From Epithemia pelagica (Eukaryota > Protista > Bacillariophyta): a stretch of DNA of 64,000 nucleotides. The notes beneath the pieces were generated by a model that had not been told where the DNA came from, searched no databases, and saw only the letters and a program-made list of their open reading frames with translations. Shown here one piece after another: positions 23,062 to 34,289 of the stretch. Within the stretch, counting starts at the first letter, position 1. Each line of letters begins with the position of its first letter. A program made the translations under genes and the position numbers. The stretch covers positions 2,418,001 to 2,482,000 of the forward strand of contig OX337242.1 in the NCBI GenBank assembly GCA_946965045.2. Direction: 5' to 3'.

Positions 23062-23841
23062 ATGGATACTAACAAGATTATCACTCCTGTACGACAGATC
23101 TATCGAGCCAACCTGCATCCCGGGCAGCCCGATACCCTGGTGCAGCAGGAACTGGTGCCGACGCCGAAGGCAGCCAACACATCGGTCAACATCTCCGTCG
23201 ACAGTTCCAACAGCAACCCATTCGAGACTCCAACCCAGCCTCACGCTCCAATCCCTGCGCCGTTGCTTCGGCCCCCGAGTCCGCCTCGTCGGCTCGTCCC
23301 TTCTCGATCCCGTCGTACCACCCGGTTGATTGCTGATCATATCAAGTACTTCCGCCAACCAACTTGTTCGACCTTCGATCCCGAGATCATCCGTGGGGAG
23401 ACCCAGATCGAACGCCAGTTCCAATCGGTGACCCACATCGTCGACCAAGAAGACATTGACCGTCTGAACGACCAACTTCATCGTTCTCCGAGGCGTCGCC
23501 TCATCTTTGCCGCCCTCTCGGGCAACCCCATCCGTACTGTCCACCTCCGCTTCCTAACCTTCGAGCGCCCAACTGGATACTACAATACCATCCACGTCGT
23601 GAACGCGACGACTTGCCCTCTGCCTCCTAACGTTGTACGCCTAGATAACTACGTTGCCTACATCCACGAGGTCCATACCATCGAGGACCATCGTGCAACT
23701 ATCTACCCTTTGCGTACCGAGGTCGAGAACCACCTGGCTGAAGGTGATACCCCTTCTTCTGTTGCTTGTGCTGCCCCATCTGAGCCTGGAAGCGACTCTG
23801 ATCATTCGGAAGAGGGTGAGGATTCGGAGACCGAAGCTTAA
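23062..23841 (+). CDS. Extra ORF (ORF0, 259 aa) upstream of gag in element C; function unknown
   Basis: Homologous to ORF0 of B, with a Pro-rich N-terminus, a conserved core and an acidic tail. Confidence 0.82.
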   Translation: MDTNKIITPVRQIYRANLHPGQPDTLVQQELVPTPKAANTSVNISVDSSNSNPFETPTQPHAPIPAPLLRPPSPPRRLVPSRSRRTTRLIADHIKYFRQPTCSTFDPEIIRGETQIERQFQSVTHIVDQEDIDRLNDQLHRSPRRRLIFAALSGNPIRTVHLRFLTFERPTGYYNTIHVVNATTCPLPPNVVRLDNYVAYIHEVHTIEDHRATIYPLRTEVENHLAEGDTPSSVACAAPSEPGSDSDHSEEGEDSETEA

Positions 23842-24161
23842 TTACTCATAGTTAACTCCCGTCCTCTCAAAACCTTTCCAAGACTTAAACTCAACGCACA
23901 TCCGGGTACCCTTGGTCGCACAACACGTCACACATTCCCGTCAAATCGCGAAAATTCGGCGAAAATTTGTTGAAACTCGGCGAAAATTTGTCGAAATCAA
24001 CGGAAATTTCCAGGAGTCGCACATCACAACACACATCCGGGTATCACATACGTGGTACATACGTGGCACACGTGGTACATCCGGGTTCACATCACATCAC
24101 ACATTAAATAAACCACATCACACCGCACATTAAATAAACATCGAACCAACCAAATAACACC

Positions 24162-27100
24162 ATGGATCCTCAATCACCCAAGACACCTACGACTCCTAAG
24201 GGAGAAGATAACCAAGACAATGTCTCGGACACAGACCTATTCGACCACATCATATTTACTGTCTGCCAATTCTTCACCAAAGAAAGGGCCGACTACTTAA
24301 TGAAGTGGATGAAATACCATGGTTTTGAGAACATTACCCATGTTATCTCGTATATGCAAACTAATACCGAGGAATCCATGAAGGAACTGACACAATACAA
24401 GGTCAACAAACAGACACATGATCTACAAGGCCCCACAAGACAGCAGATCAAGCTCTTGGCTTATTGGGCCACATACAAGACCAATGAAATTCAAGACGAG
24501 CTATCCAATAGCGACTGGATGAACCTAACGAGGAAAGAGTTCAACACTTGGAGGATCAACACAGATTTCTCTAAGGGACCACCTAGCCAAGTCCCAGTCT
24601 CGCCAATGAAGTCACCGTCATCTGTGAAATCTGTCAGCACAGTTACTGCCGCATCCCAATCTCAACAAGACCTTACAGCATTCAGAAAGGGAACTAAGCG
24701 CGACGCAACTGCATATGAGGTATTCAAGGATGAACGATACTACGATTCATTCTGGCGCGTATTCAAGACTACAGCTAAGGCTCAAGGCCTATCCAACGTT
24801 CTGAATTTCAAATACACACCACCCCATGATGATGAGTATGCCGAAGAACTTTTTCAGGAGCAACAAGTATTTCTTTACTCCGTTCTTGTCCGTATCATTC
24901 AGACTGACCAAGGTCGAGCCTATGTACGTGAACATGAACATGATGAAGATGCGCGTGCCGTATTGCAGAAGTTACACTCTTTGCATACCGAATCTGACCT
25001 AGCAAAGCGAGAAGTCCTCCGCTTAACCAACTACATTTCCAATCTACGTCTTGACGACACATGGCGCGGAACAACACGTCAATTTCTTCTACACTTTCAA
25101 GAGCAGCTACGTTTGCTAGACAATTTAGTGACATTGTCTGATCGCATCCCTGATCATACCAGGATGACCTTCCTCATGCAAGCTGTAGAAAAGGTACCTG
25201 ATCTCCGCCGAGTCAAGATCTTGGATAATGTGGTGAACACCAAATCCGGTGCAAAATCCCTTTGCTATCAATCATACTTCCGTCTCCTTCTAGACGCAGC
25301 TTATGACCATGATCAAGCAACCCAGTCATCTGTTCATAGTCGCCGTCGACATGTCAAACAACATGAATCACTATATGGCCAAGATACAGATGCTGACATA
25401 ACCTCACAAGATGATATGGAGTATCATGTCCATAACACCACAGCGACATCTGAATCTCCATCCTCTTCGTCCAAGGTTAGTCTACCGCGTGACCTATGGT
25501 TCAAACTTTCTGAAGAAGATCGCAAGTTGATCATTGAGTATAACAAGATGATTCAAGCACCTTCATCAACAACACCGAGGAAAGTGCAAACACATGCCCT
25601 CGACATTGATCCGGAACCTGATCCTGACCCCAACCAAGTTGCATCTGATGACGACTCACCTGGCGTTGTCCCTGAGCATCCAGATGATTCAGATCCGGTT
25701 ACACAATTTATCAACCAAGCCATGACAACTGATATCAATCACCCGGCAACTGACCTGACTAGTGTTCTTTCTAACGCCAAGTCCAAGACGAGCAAGAAGG
25801 TTACTTTCAAAGCCAACATGCATAAACAAGCAGGACATGTTCCACGCTATCTGTTTTCCAGGAAATCTACTTTACCAGGGAATCAATTGATTGACCGTGG
25901 TGCTAATGGAGGACTTGCTGGTTCTGACATGCGCATCCTTTCTAAGACTGGCCGCCATATCACTATTGTGGGTATTGATAACCATGAACTTACTGGACTT
26001 CCTGTCGTCACATGTGCCGCAAAGTTTGAGACCAATGATGGACCTATTGTCGGCATCTTCAATGAATATGCTTATTATGGGAAGGGCTTATCTATCCATG
26101 CTCCTGGTCAATTCGAGCATTTCGGACTTGCTGTTGATGAACGATCTGTTAAAGTTGATGGTAAACAACGCATCACTACACTTGATGGTCGTGCCATACC
26201 CCTTCACATCAAGGATGGGTTAGCCTACATCCACTCCTTGGGTATCCCCAGCGACAATGACATGGATACCTTACCTCAGATCATCTTCACGTCACCCGAC
26301 ACATGGGATCCTGGTGTTCTGGACCATTCGTATTCTCCCACACCCTCTGACAATGATCCTGATTGGAAACACGTCAAGACTGATGGTAGTATGTCGAACC
26401 ATCCATATGACAACTATGGGGAGTACAATGATCGTGTTGTTTGTAACCTCAATCTCCTTTTGGATCTCCCATACGATCATGGACCTGACGATGCACCCTT
26501 CTTTTCTATCTATGCTGACGCAGAAGGTCATGATCCTACACTTCATGCCTCTGTCCACCGTCGTTACCAGGAAGCGTATGACTGGAAGAAGTTCCGTCCA
26601 TTCTTTGGTTGGCAATCTGAAGATGTTATTGCCGATACGTTCAAGCACACTACGCGTAATGGTAGCATTACTTTTGACCACGACACCCTCAAGAAACATT
26701 TCAAGGCTCGCAATCCGGTCCTTAATATACCTCGACGTCATGAACCCGTTGCTACTGACTCGGTTTTCTCCGACACCCCTGCTGTTGACCATGGCGGTAA
26801 AGTCGCACAAATCTTTGTTGGTCGAGATACTCTGGTTACTGATATCTATGGGATCAAGTCAACCAAACAGTTTGTCAATACTCTTCAGGATAACATCCGG
26901 TTTCGTGGTGCCATGGAGACTCTTATCAGTGATGGTGGTTCATCTCTCATCTCTCAAAAGGTCAAAGACATTCTTCGCACTTTGCTTATTGGGGAGTATC
27001 GATCTGAACCTTATCATCAACACCAGAATAAGGCTGAAAACCGTTACCAGACCGTTAAACGTATGACCAACGCTCTCATGAATGCCACTGGTTGCCCTGC

Positions 27101-29849
27101 CAACACCTGGCTTCTTTGCCTTGAGTATGTCTGTGACTTATTGAACCATACGTCATCACCCACCCATTCCGGTCGCACTCCTCTTGAGGCTCTCTCCGGA
27201 CGCCCACCCGACATTACTCATCTCTTGTTCTTTCCTTTCTGGGATGAGGTTTACTACCGTGTCGACCCCGCTGAACCCAATTCTGGTTCATATCCATCTT
27301 CTTCTGATGAGAAACTTGGCCACTGGGTTGGTTTTGCTCACAACGTTGGTGATTCTTTTACTTGGAAGATTCTCACCCAGGATAACCAGATAATCTACCG
27401 TTCTGCCGTTCGCCGTGTTGCATCCACTACACCTAACCTACGTGTGGATCGACCTTCAGGGGAGGATTCGTCTGAGAAGGATGACAATGATAAGCAAGCT
27501 GACACTGTCTTCATTCGCAGTGATAGTGAAGATCCATCCAAACCAATGCCCACGATCGATTTTGACGACATGATAGGACGCACATTCCTATGCGACACAG
27601 AAGAAAATGGGGAGCGACATCGTGCACGTGTCATCAAACGAGTCATTGATCTTAATGAAGAAGCAACGAAACAGGAAGAACGTGTCAAGTACATCTACCG
27701 AAAGACAAATTCTGATGTTGATGAGATGATATCCTATAATCAACTCATGGAGTATATCGAACGAGATAACCAAGCTCAAACCTCTGGAGATAATCTTTTC
27801 AGGTTCAGGGACGTCATTGCCCATCAAGGCCCACTGAACACAACTGATCCAGATTACAAGGGGAGCAAATATAATTTGCTTGTTGATTGGGAAACTGGGG
27901 AGACTACCTATGAACCTTTATCACTCATCGCCAATGATGATCCGATCACTGTAGCAATTTATGGAAAGAAACATGATTTACTCAACGAACCTGGATGGAA
28001 GCATTTGAAACGTTATGTCAAAACAAGCAAACGTCTCATTCGAGCAGCCAAACAGTCAAGGATTAAACAAGTTCACCATTCCGTCAAGTATAAGTTTGGA
28101 TTCCAAGTACCACGCAATTATGAGGAAGCTGTCGCTCTTGATAAACAACATGGCAACACAAAGTGGCAAGATGCAACAGAATTAGAATTGTCACAGATCC
28201 AGTCCTACAAGACATTCAAGGATTTTGGGAAAGCCATCTTCATTAAAGGGAAAGTATCCAATGCACCTGAAGGATATCATAAGATACGTGTACATCTTGT
28301 CTTTGACGTAAAACATGATGGACGACATAAAGCAAGACTTGTCGCAGATGGACATCTCACAAAAGAACCTGTTGAGACAATCTATTCAGGTGTTGTTTCC
28401 ATTCGCAACCTCCGCATTGCCTTATTCCTGGGTACTTTGAATGACTTGGAAATATGGGGAGCAGATATTGGAAACGCATATCTGGAAGCCTTGACAGGGG
28501 AGAAAATTTTCATTGTCGCAGGACCTGAATTCAAGGAATTAGAAGGTCACATCCTGATTATATACAAGGCACTTTATGGATTGAAGTCATCAGGCGCACG
28601 CTGGCATGATGTCTTATTCGATGTTTTGACAGACATGGGATTTTCACCAAGCAAAGCAGATCCGGATATCTGGATGAGGAAGGCACCTGGAGAAGACTGT
28701 TACGAATACATTGCCGTATACGTTGATGACTTAGCCATTATTTCTACTGATCCTGGGAATATCTGCAAGATCCTGAAGGAGAAATACAACTTCAAACTCA
28801 AAGGAGATGGACCTATTGATTTTCACTTGGGATGTTGTTACACCAAGGATTCTGATGGAACATTAGTAGCAGATCCAAGACGCTACATTGGTAAGATGAT
28901 GGACACTTTCGAACGAATCTTCAAGGAGAAACCCAAGAAAGCCAAAACACCTCTTATTGGTGGAGACCATCCTGAATTGGATGATTCTGAGCTCCTTGAT
29001 GAAGAAGGTACTAACCATTTCCAAACTCTGATTGGACAACTCCAATGGGTGATCACTATTGGTCGTTTCGACGTCTTCACCGCTACAATGACGCTATCAC
29101 GCTTTCGTGCTGCTCCGAGGAAAGGACATCTTGATAGAGCCAAGCGTATCTATGGATACCTTGCACATCTCCCAGAAGGCGCAATCAGATTTAGGATTGG
29201 AGAGCCTGATTATTCAAGTCTTCCTACCCAAGAATTTGATTGGACTCGCACTGTCTATTCGAATGCAAGTGAACGTATTCCTGAAGACTGCCCAACACCT
29301 CTTGGCCGCTATGTTACCACAACTCATTATGTTGATGCCAATCTCATGCATGACATAGTCACTGGTAAATCCGTCACTGCTGTTCTACATTTGTTGAACG
29401 GAACACCTATTGACTGGTACAGCAAGAGACAGAGCACGGTGGAAACTGCTACCTATGGATCCGAGTTTGTGGCTGCAAGGACAGCAATAGATCAGATTAC
29501 AGAATTACAACATTCTCTCCGCTACCTTGGAGTACCTATCCGAGAGCGAAGTTACATGTACGGAGATAACAGATCTGTTGTGCTCAATGCAACCGTTCCT
29601 CATTCCATACTATCCAAGAGACACCATCTTCTGTCATACCACCGAGTTCGTGAAGCCATCGCAGCAAAGTATGTTGCATTCTACTGGAAAGATGGAAAGA
29701 CCAACCCTGCCGATATCCTTAGCAAACATTGGGATTTCGTATCTATTTGGCCCATGCTCAAGCCATTGTTGTTTTGGAAAGGAGAAGTTCAAGACCTCAA
29801 CAAATCCAATGATGACAAGGCTGAAACGACGAGTTGTGGGGAGTGTTAG
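24162..29849 (+). CDS. Copia Gag-PR-INT-RT-RNase H polyprotein (1895 aa) with a chromodomain-like segment after the integrase
   Basis: Motifs LIDRGANGG, TDSVF/ISDGG/AENRY, YIAVYVDDL, YVDANL, SEFVAA and GDNRSV, in copia order (INT before RT). Confidence 0.97.
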   Translation: MDPQSPKTPTTPKGEDNQDNVSDTDLFDHIIFTVCQFFTKERADYLMKWMKYHGFENITHVISYMQTNTEESMKELTQYKVNKQTHDLQGPTRQQIKLLAYWATYKTNEIQDELSNSDWMNLTRKEFNTWRINTDFSKGPPSQVPVSPMKSPSSVKSVSTVTAASQSQQDLTAFRKGTKRDATAYEVFKDERYYDSFWRVFKTTAKAQGLSNVLNFKYTPPHDDEYAEELFQEQQVFLYSVLVRIIQTDQGRAYVREHEHDEDARAVLQKLHSLHTESDLAKREVLRLTNYISNLRLDDTWRGTTRQFLLHFQEQLRLLDNLVTLSDRIPDHTRMTFLMQAVEKVPDLRRVKILDNVVNTKSGAKSLCYQSYFRLLLDAAYDHDQATQSSVHSRRRHVKQHESLYGQDTDADITSQDDMEYHVHNTTATSESPSSSSKVSLPRDLWFKLSEEDRKLIIEYNKMIQAPSSTTPRKVQTHALDIDPEPDPDPNQVASDDDSPGVVPEHPDDSDPVTQFINQAMTTDINHPATDLTSVLSNAKSKTSKKVTFKANMHKQAGHVPRYLFSRKSTLPGNQLIDRGANGGLAGSDMRILSKTGRHITIVGIDNHELTGLPVVTCAAKFETNDGPIVGIFNEYAYYGKGLSIHAPGQFEHFGLAVDERSVKVDGKQRITTLDGRAIPLHIKDGLAYIHSLGIPSDNDMDTLPQIIFTSPDTWDPGVLDHSYSPTPSDNDPDWKHVKTDGSMSNHPYDNYGEYNDRVVCNLNLLLDLPYDHGPDDAPFFSIYADAEGHDPTLHASVHRRYQEAYDWKKFRPFFGWQSEDVIADTFKHTTRNGSITFDHDTLKKHFKARNPVLNIPRRHEPVATDSVFSDTPAVDHGGKVAQIFVGRDTLVTDIYGIKSTKQFVNTLQDNIRFRGAMETLISDGGSSLISQKVKDILRTLLIGEYRSEPYHQHQNKAENRYQTVKRMTNALMNATGCPANTWLLCLEYVCDLLNHTSSPTHSGRTPLEALSGRPPDITHLLFFPFWDEVYYRVDPAEPNSGSYPSSSDEKLGHWVGFAHNVGDSFTWKILTQDNQIIYRSAVRRVASTTPNLRVDRPSGEDSSEKDDNDKQADTVFIRSDSEDPSKPMPTIDFDDMIGRTFLCDTEENGERHRARVIKRVIDLNEEATKQEERVKYIYRKTNSDVDEMISYNQLMEYIERDNQAQTSGDNLFRFRDVIAHQGPLNTTDPDYKGSKYNLLVDWETGETTYEPLSLIANDDPITVAIYGKKHDLLNEPGWKHLKRYVKTSKRLIRAAKQSRIKQVHHSVKYKFGFQVPRNYEEAVALDKQHGNTKWQDATELELSQIQSYKTFKDFGKAIFIKGKVSNAPEGYHKIRVHLVFDVKHDGRHKARLVADGHLTKEPVETIYSGVVSIRNLRIALFLGTLNDLEIWGADIGNAYLEALTGEKIFIVAGPEFKELEGHILIIYKALYGLKSSGARWHDVLFDVLTDMGFSPSKADPDIWMRKAPGEDCYEYIAVYVDDLAIISTDPGNICKILKEKYNFKLKGDGPIDFHLGCCYTKDSDGTLVADPRRYIGKMMDTFERIFKEKPKKAKTPLIGGDHPELDDSELLDEEGTNHFQTLIGQLQWVITIGRFDVFTATMTLSRFRAAPRKGHLDRAKRIYGYLAHLPEGAIRFRIGEPDYSSLPTQEFDWTRTVYSNASERIPEDCPTPLGRYVTTTHYVDANLMHDIVTGKSVTAVLHLLNGTPIDWYSKRQSTVETATYGSEFVAARTAIDQITELQHSLRYLGVPIRERSYMYGDNRSVVLNATVPHSILSKRHHLLSYHRVREAIAAKYVAFYWKDGKTNPADILSKHWDFVSIWPMLKPLLFWKGEVQDLNKSNDDKAETTSCGEC

Positions 29850-30626
29850 AATTCTCACCGTCTATGGTGGTTAGATTCTACATCTCATCGATTCCCCATG
29901 TCACATAGCCTCGTGCTATTGCATCATGCCCTCTAGCTTCGAGCTATGTTTCCTAGCTTCGCGCTATATCGACCTATATTTCTTCGCAAATCATGAAAAG
30001 TGAGAATAGATTGACGAACTCACTCTCAAGACTAAACTGGGTCGTGCGGTATTACAACGGACGTAAATTTGGCCGTTGCTCGGACATTATACTAACGCCC
30101 TAAGCGTACGCGCCCGAAATCATCGAGCGCGCCCAAGCGACATCCGAGCGCTATCGGCATCTATCCGACCCAACGGTCTAAGTATCCCAAGCACGACACA
30201 CGATCACGCGAGACCATATTTCCATTCCCACAATCTCCAAATTGTCAACAAGCTGCGCGCCATGAAAACAACTATGCCAACCCAAAGCAAGAGCTGTTGA
30301 CCCTGTATATGTTATCCGCCCACATATACATGTCATATACATCACATGAATCAACTCCAACTATTCCAAACCTGTTGCCGCCAAGAACCTATGACACATG
30401 ACCCTTGGCAGGACCGAACATTTCACGTAGACCTATTGTAGTAATCAACACACAATCTAACAATATCACCATTTATCACATCCTCTTTTGTGTCCCGACT
30501 ATCCTTCTGATAGACTTCGACTTGCTTGCTTCTCTGACCCTGAGAAGCTTGTATCGGTTGGTGACCTACCTGATTGTCTGCTCTACCGAGCATCAATGTC
30601 CCTACGATTCAGAAAGAATTGTAACA
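29844..30626 (+). repeat. 3' LTR of element C
   Basis: Follows the GTGGGGAG PPT and matches 22243-23025. Confidence 0.97.
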
Positions 30627-30631
30627 CATCG

Positions 30632-31341
30632 AATGATGCTAGTATTTTATGGCATCCGATGACATTTTCCTAAAAGTGAGAAAAGAATGTCGGCATGCTC
30701 GCGAAACTATAAATTTGGCCACGGCATGCTCGCATTGCACGCGTTATCGGCGACCGCTCGGATATTAACTATGGCCCAACACGTGCGCGCCCAAAACTAT
30801 CAAGTGCGCGCCTCTACTATCCGAGTACGCGCATCCACGATTCGACCTAACGGTCTATGTAATCAAAGCACGAATCACGATCACGCGAGACCATATCTCT
30901 GTTCCCACAAATCCAAGAATGCAAACAGCAACGCGCCCAGGACAAGACTTATACCACGACAAAGCAAGAGCTGTTGCATCCCATACATGTTATCCATCAC
31001 CCTATACATTCAATATACACCAATGCCGGTCTACTCCAACCAGTGAGGACCTATCACACCAGATCCATGGCCGTATACAAGAGCCAGGACTTCGGCACCA
31101 TCAACCACCTTAGTTAGTAATCGTCTCACAATCATTAATATCACCATTTTAACACTCATCTTAAGACTAACCTCTTATCAGTGGACCGACTGCCCCCACC
31201 CACGGCGGACTTTGACTTGCAACTCTTCTCTGACCCGTGGAGGATTGTTGTATCGGCTGGTGATTCGATTGTTGGCTCAGCGAGCCTTTTACCTATCCTA
31301 CCTATCTGTCTAACCCCTGTTGAATCGAGAGAAGTTTATCA
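30632..31341 (+). repeat. Remainder of the 3' LTR of element B
   Basis: Matches 14824-15533. Confidence 0.95.
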
Positions 31342-31363
31342 ACGACAACGCCGCACCGGTAGG

Positions 31364-31856
31364 GTCAACGACAACGGGTGGCGACCATCATAACAACACC
31401 ATACTCAACAATTCACTCCTCGTTCCGGCCGAACGGCGAAATAATCCGGGGCTGAGACAACAACTACGACAGGTAACACAACAATCAACTGCTCCCTTCG
31501 TTCGCGAACGAAACACTTGGCGCAACAACAACAACAACCCAAAGGCAGCCATCAGCTACCAGCGTCGACAACGAAAACAACAACAACCCAAACGCGACAA
31601 TCAACTACTCGTTGCCTCGGATCGGCGACAACGACAACACTCCGACAACAACCCCAATGCAACAATCAACAACAGCAACGACAACGGCAACACCACCACC
31701 ATACTCAATTATCGACAACTCGCATTGATTAGCACAACAATCAACTACAAGAAACAATCAATAGGGATTCATGAACGCATCGATTGGATGAAGCATTCAC
31801 GCATGAATTACAAGAGATGTAAAATACGAGTAGAGATATCATGAGGAGTTAGAGGC
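31364..31856. repeat. CAA-rich ~490-bp dispersed repeat (copy 1; further copies at 38865-39358 and 40971-41464)
   Basis: Near-identical text from GTCAACGACAACG to GAGGAGTTAGAGGC in three places. Confidence 0.9.
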
Positions 31857-32249
31857 GGTTTGTACAGCTTGATCTACTCGTAGTCCTAGTACTTTTACTT
31901 CTCGTACAGAAAGGGGAAGCGCCTACTCGTCATGGTGAAAGGGTTCATCGGTACGAGTACGAGGTACGACAACATCTGATGAATGAGGGGCAGTTGATTT
32001 TACTCTAGGAAAATGTATGGTGAAGTGAATCTCGTAGGGCCGGAAGTTTCACCGAGAATCGAGAATTTAAAGCACGGGCTACTGCGCGAAGAACTTTCGC
32101 TCGGTGGAGCTCGTAGAGTGAGATCCTTTTACGATCTCAGCATATGATGGTTTGGCCCATGCGGTACGCTTGGCGGGAGAACTGTCTCATTGGGAATTTC
32201 ATCGTCATCGTTGGTTGATGGCAAGACCCTTCCCACGGATTGCCCTCTA

Positions 32250-32694
32250 GTGCGGGTCCAAGCAACACATTATGGAACTTTCGGAAGAGACTTCCTTGAA
32301 GGGGCTTTGTATAGAATGCGCCAACATTTGTTTGGTAGGACAATAGAAGATCTGGATGTTATCCTGTTCTACCCGATCCTTGATGAAGAAGAACGAATGT
32401 CAATGTGTCGGGATTGCTTCCCGGCTGAGCGCAATCCATTTTTCTCCAGGCAAATTGCACTTTGATTGTCCTGGGCAAATTTGGTCTCGACGTCATAACC
32501 TTGTTCTTCAACAAGGAAACGCTTGGCCCAGATGGTGTTCGGAAGATAATCACTTGCGCCCACTACTTCGGCTTCTGCTGTGGAGCTCTTCATGTTGAGT
32601 TTTTGCTTTCGGGATTTGCTGATCAGTGCACCCCCACCGAGCGCTATTGCACCACCGGGGTGGCTCTTCATATCGTCGTGTACGGCAATGATGC
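32250..32694 (-). pseudogene. RNase H remnant of an unrelated copia family
   Basis: AVHDDMKSH...KQKLN.KSSTAEAEVVG...QDNQSAI.LEKNG...RHIDIR...YTKPLQGSLFRKF, with frameshifts. Confidence 0.85.
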
Positions 32695-33975
32695 GTTTTC
32701 CCACTTTTGCGAATGAGGATAGTAGCCACGACGAGATAGAAGATTCGGCCGTATTTTGTTATGAAAATACAAATTTGTTGCTGTAGCCATACGGGCAATC
32801 ATTGATTTGGATAAGCCCCCGACGAACTGAAAGCATTCCCATGGGTTAGAAAAGTTGTCGGCAACTCCTGGTTTGAGACCTTCTGGTCCTTTATACATCG
32901 ACTTATGGTTGTTGTCTTTGCCAATCCATTTTGACGGCTGATGAGACAGGGTAATCTCTTGTAAGGAAAAAGAAAAGTCATCCATCAAGTTTCTGATAGA
33001 TGTTTGATTGCCGCATCCTGTTGCGTTGGTGTTTCCTGTGGCGTTGGTGTTTCCTGTTGCGTTGGTGTCGTCGTTATCTTGTTGAGGCCCCTCATTTTCC
33101 GAATCGCCAGCTTCTTCATCCAGTGGATTGTCTGTTCGTTGTAGTTGTGTGTCTTGTAACATGTCGTCCTCCTCAGCTCCATCTTCGTCAGATTCGGAGG
33201 AATCCGATTCACTTGATTCACCAGCTGCATGGCAACGTCGAAGTCTCGGACGACGTGCATTAGTTTCTTCTGCAGGTGCCGGTGCAGCAGAGGTACTGCC
33301 ACTTCCGAAGAGATGAATTGGCCGCGAGTCTTGATTGTTCGGCGTATTGTCAGTATTCTCCTGTTGTTGAGTATCGGTAAGGTTGGAAATTGCAGGAGAG
33401 TGTTCCTCTTCAGTCGTGGCAGTGTTCAATGCTGCGCGTCGTCTGGCTCTTTCAATAGTGTTAGGGACTGTGTTGGGAGGCGACGAGTCATTTTCAACTT
33501 GTTCATTTGGGTCTCGAGCGAGCGCATTCGACGGATTGCTGACATTGGTCGTTTGGGTTTGTTGCCGATTGGGAACAGACACAGTAGGGCCTGTCTGTGT
33601 TACTGTTGCGGGAATTGCAGCGTTGCTTAGCCGGACAGCTTCATGCTTTTTAGCTAGCGTCGCTTCATCGTAGTCGATTACGAATTCCTGGAGCTTATCC
33701 TTGATATATATATATGGAGAAGAGGGAAACTGACGACGAACCCAGATTGAGGATATCACGTACATGTGACCATTCTTGGTGGTTGGACACGCAATGATCT
33801 GGCCTTCCAGTACCAAGGGTGTTGTCATGTTACCACGGCTTGGAAATGACTCTCGAAAGCGGTCAGCGTAGATTCGGTCCAACCAGAAAGTAGGCGGTGC
33901 GTAGAGCTTTCTCTTGGAATATGAAAATCGAATACGTGGTGGCTGTTGTGTACGTTGTGCAGGCCGGGGAGCCAT
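32695..33975 (-). pseudogene. N-terminal half of a piggyBac-like (PGBD) transposase, truncated before the DDD core
   Basis: A long acidic linker is followed by YKGPEGLKPGVADNFSNPWECF...ARMATATNLY...W, which resembles the region preceding the DDE_Tnp_1_7 core in stramenopiles as I recall it. Confidence 0.55.
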
Positions 33976-34289
33976 AACAGAAGGACACTTGGCTTGATTC
34001 GTTGCCTTGGGTGGGAATCGAGCACTGATTGAGAGAACAAGCGCTTTCAGACGTTTGGGTGCCTGTGGCCGATTCAGATGGATCGGACGACATGACCTTT
34101 TTTGCACACAGGATGTTGACTATGTTTGAAAGCAGAATGGAGACTGTCGGCAATCAATTATGCTTGAGAGGAAAGCAATCAACAACCAAACATTGGACCA
34201 CTAGGGTCGGAATACAAAAATGAGGAAAATCGTTGAAATTTCAAAGGGAGAAACGACGGTGATGACTATGGAATTAGTGTACGATGTCT

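Larger units (their letters stand above)
22243..30626 (+). mobile_element. Intact Ty1/copia LTR retrotransposon C, potentially active
   Basis: 783-bp TG...CA LTRs with one difference seen, TSD CATCG (22238-22242 and 30627-30631), PBS, PPT and an uninterrupted polyprotein. Confidence 0.98.
14776..31341 (+). mobile_element. Ty1/copia LTR retrotransposon B, full length, with element C nested in its 3' LTR
   Basis: TG...CA LTRs, a 5-bp TSD ACGAC (14771-14775 and 31342-31346), PBS, PPT GTGGGGAG at 22187-22194, and gag-PR-INT-RT-RH order. Confidence 0.97.
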
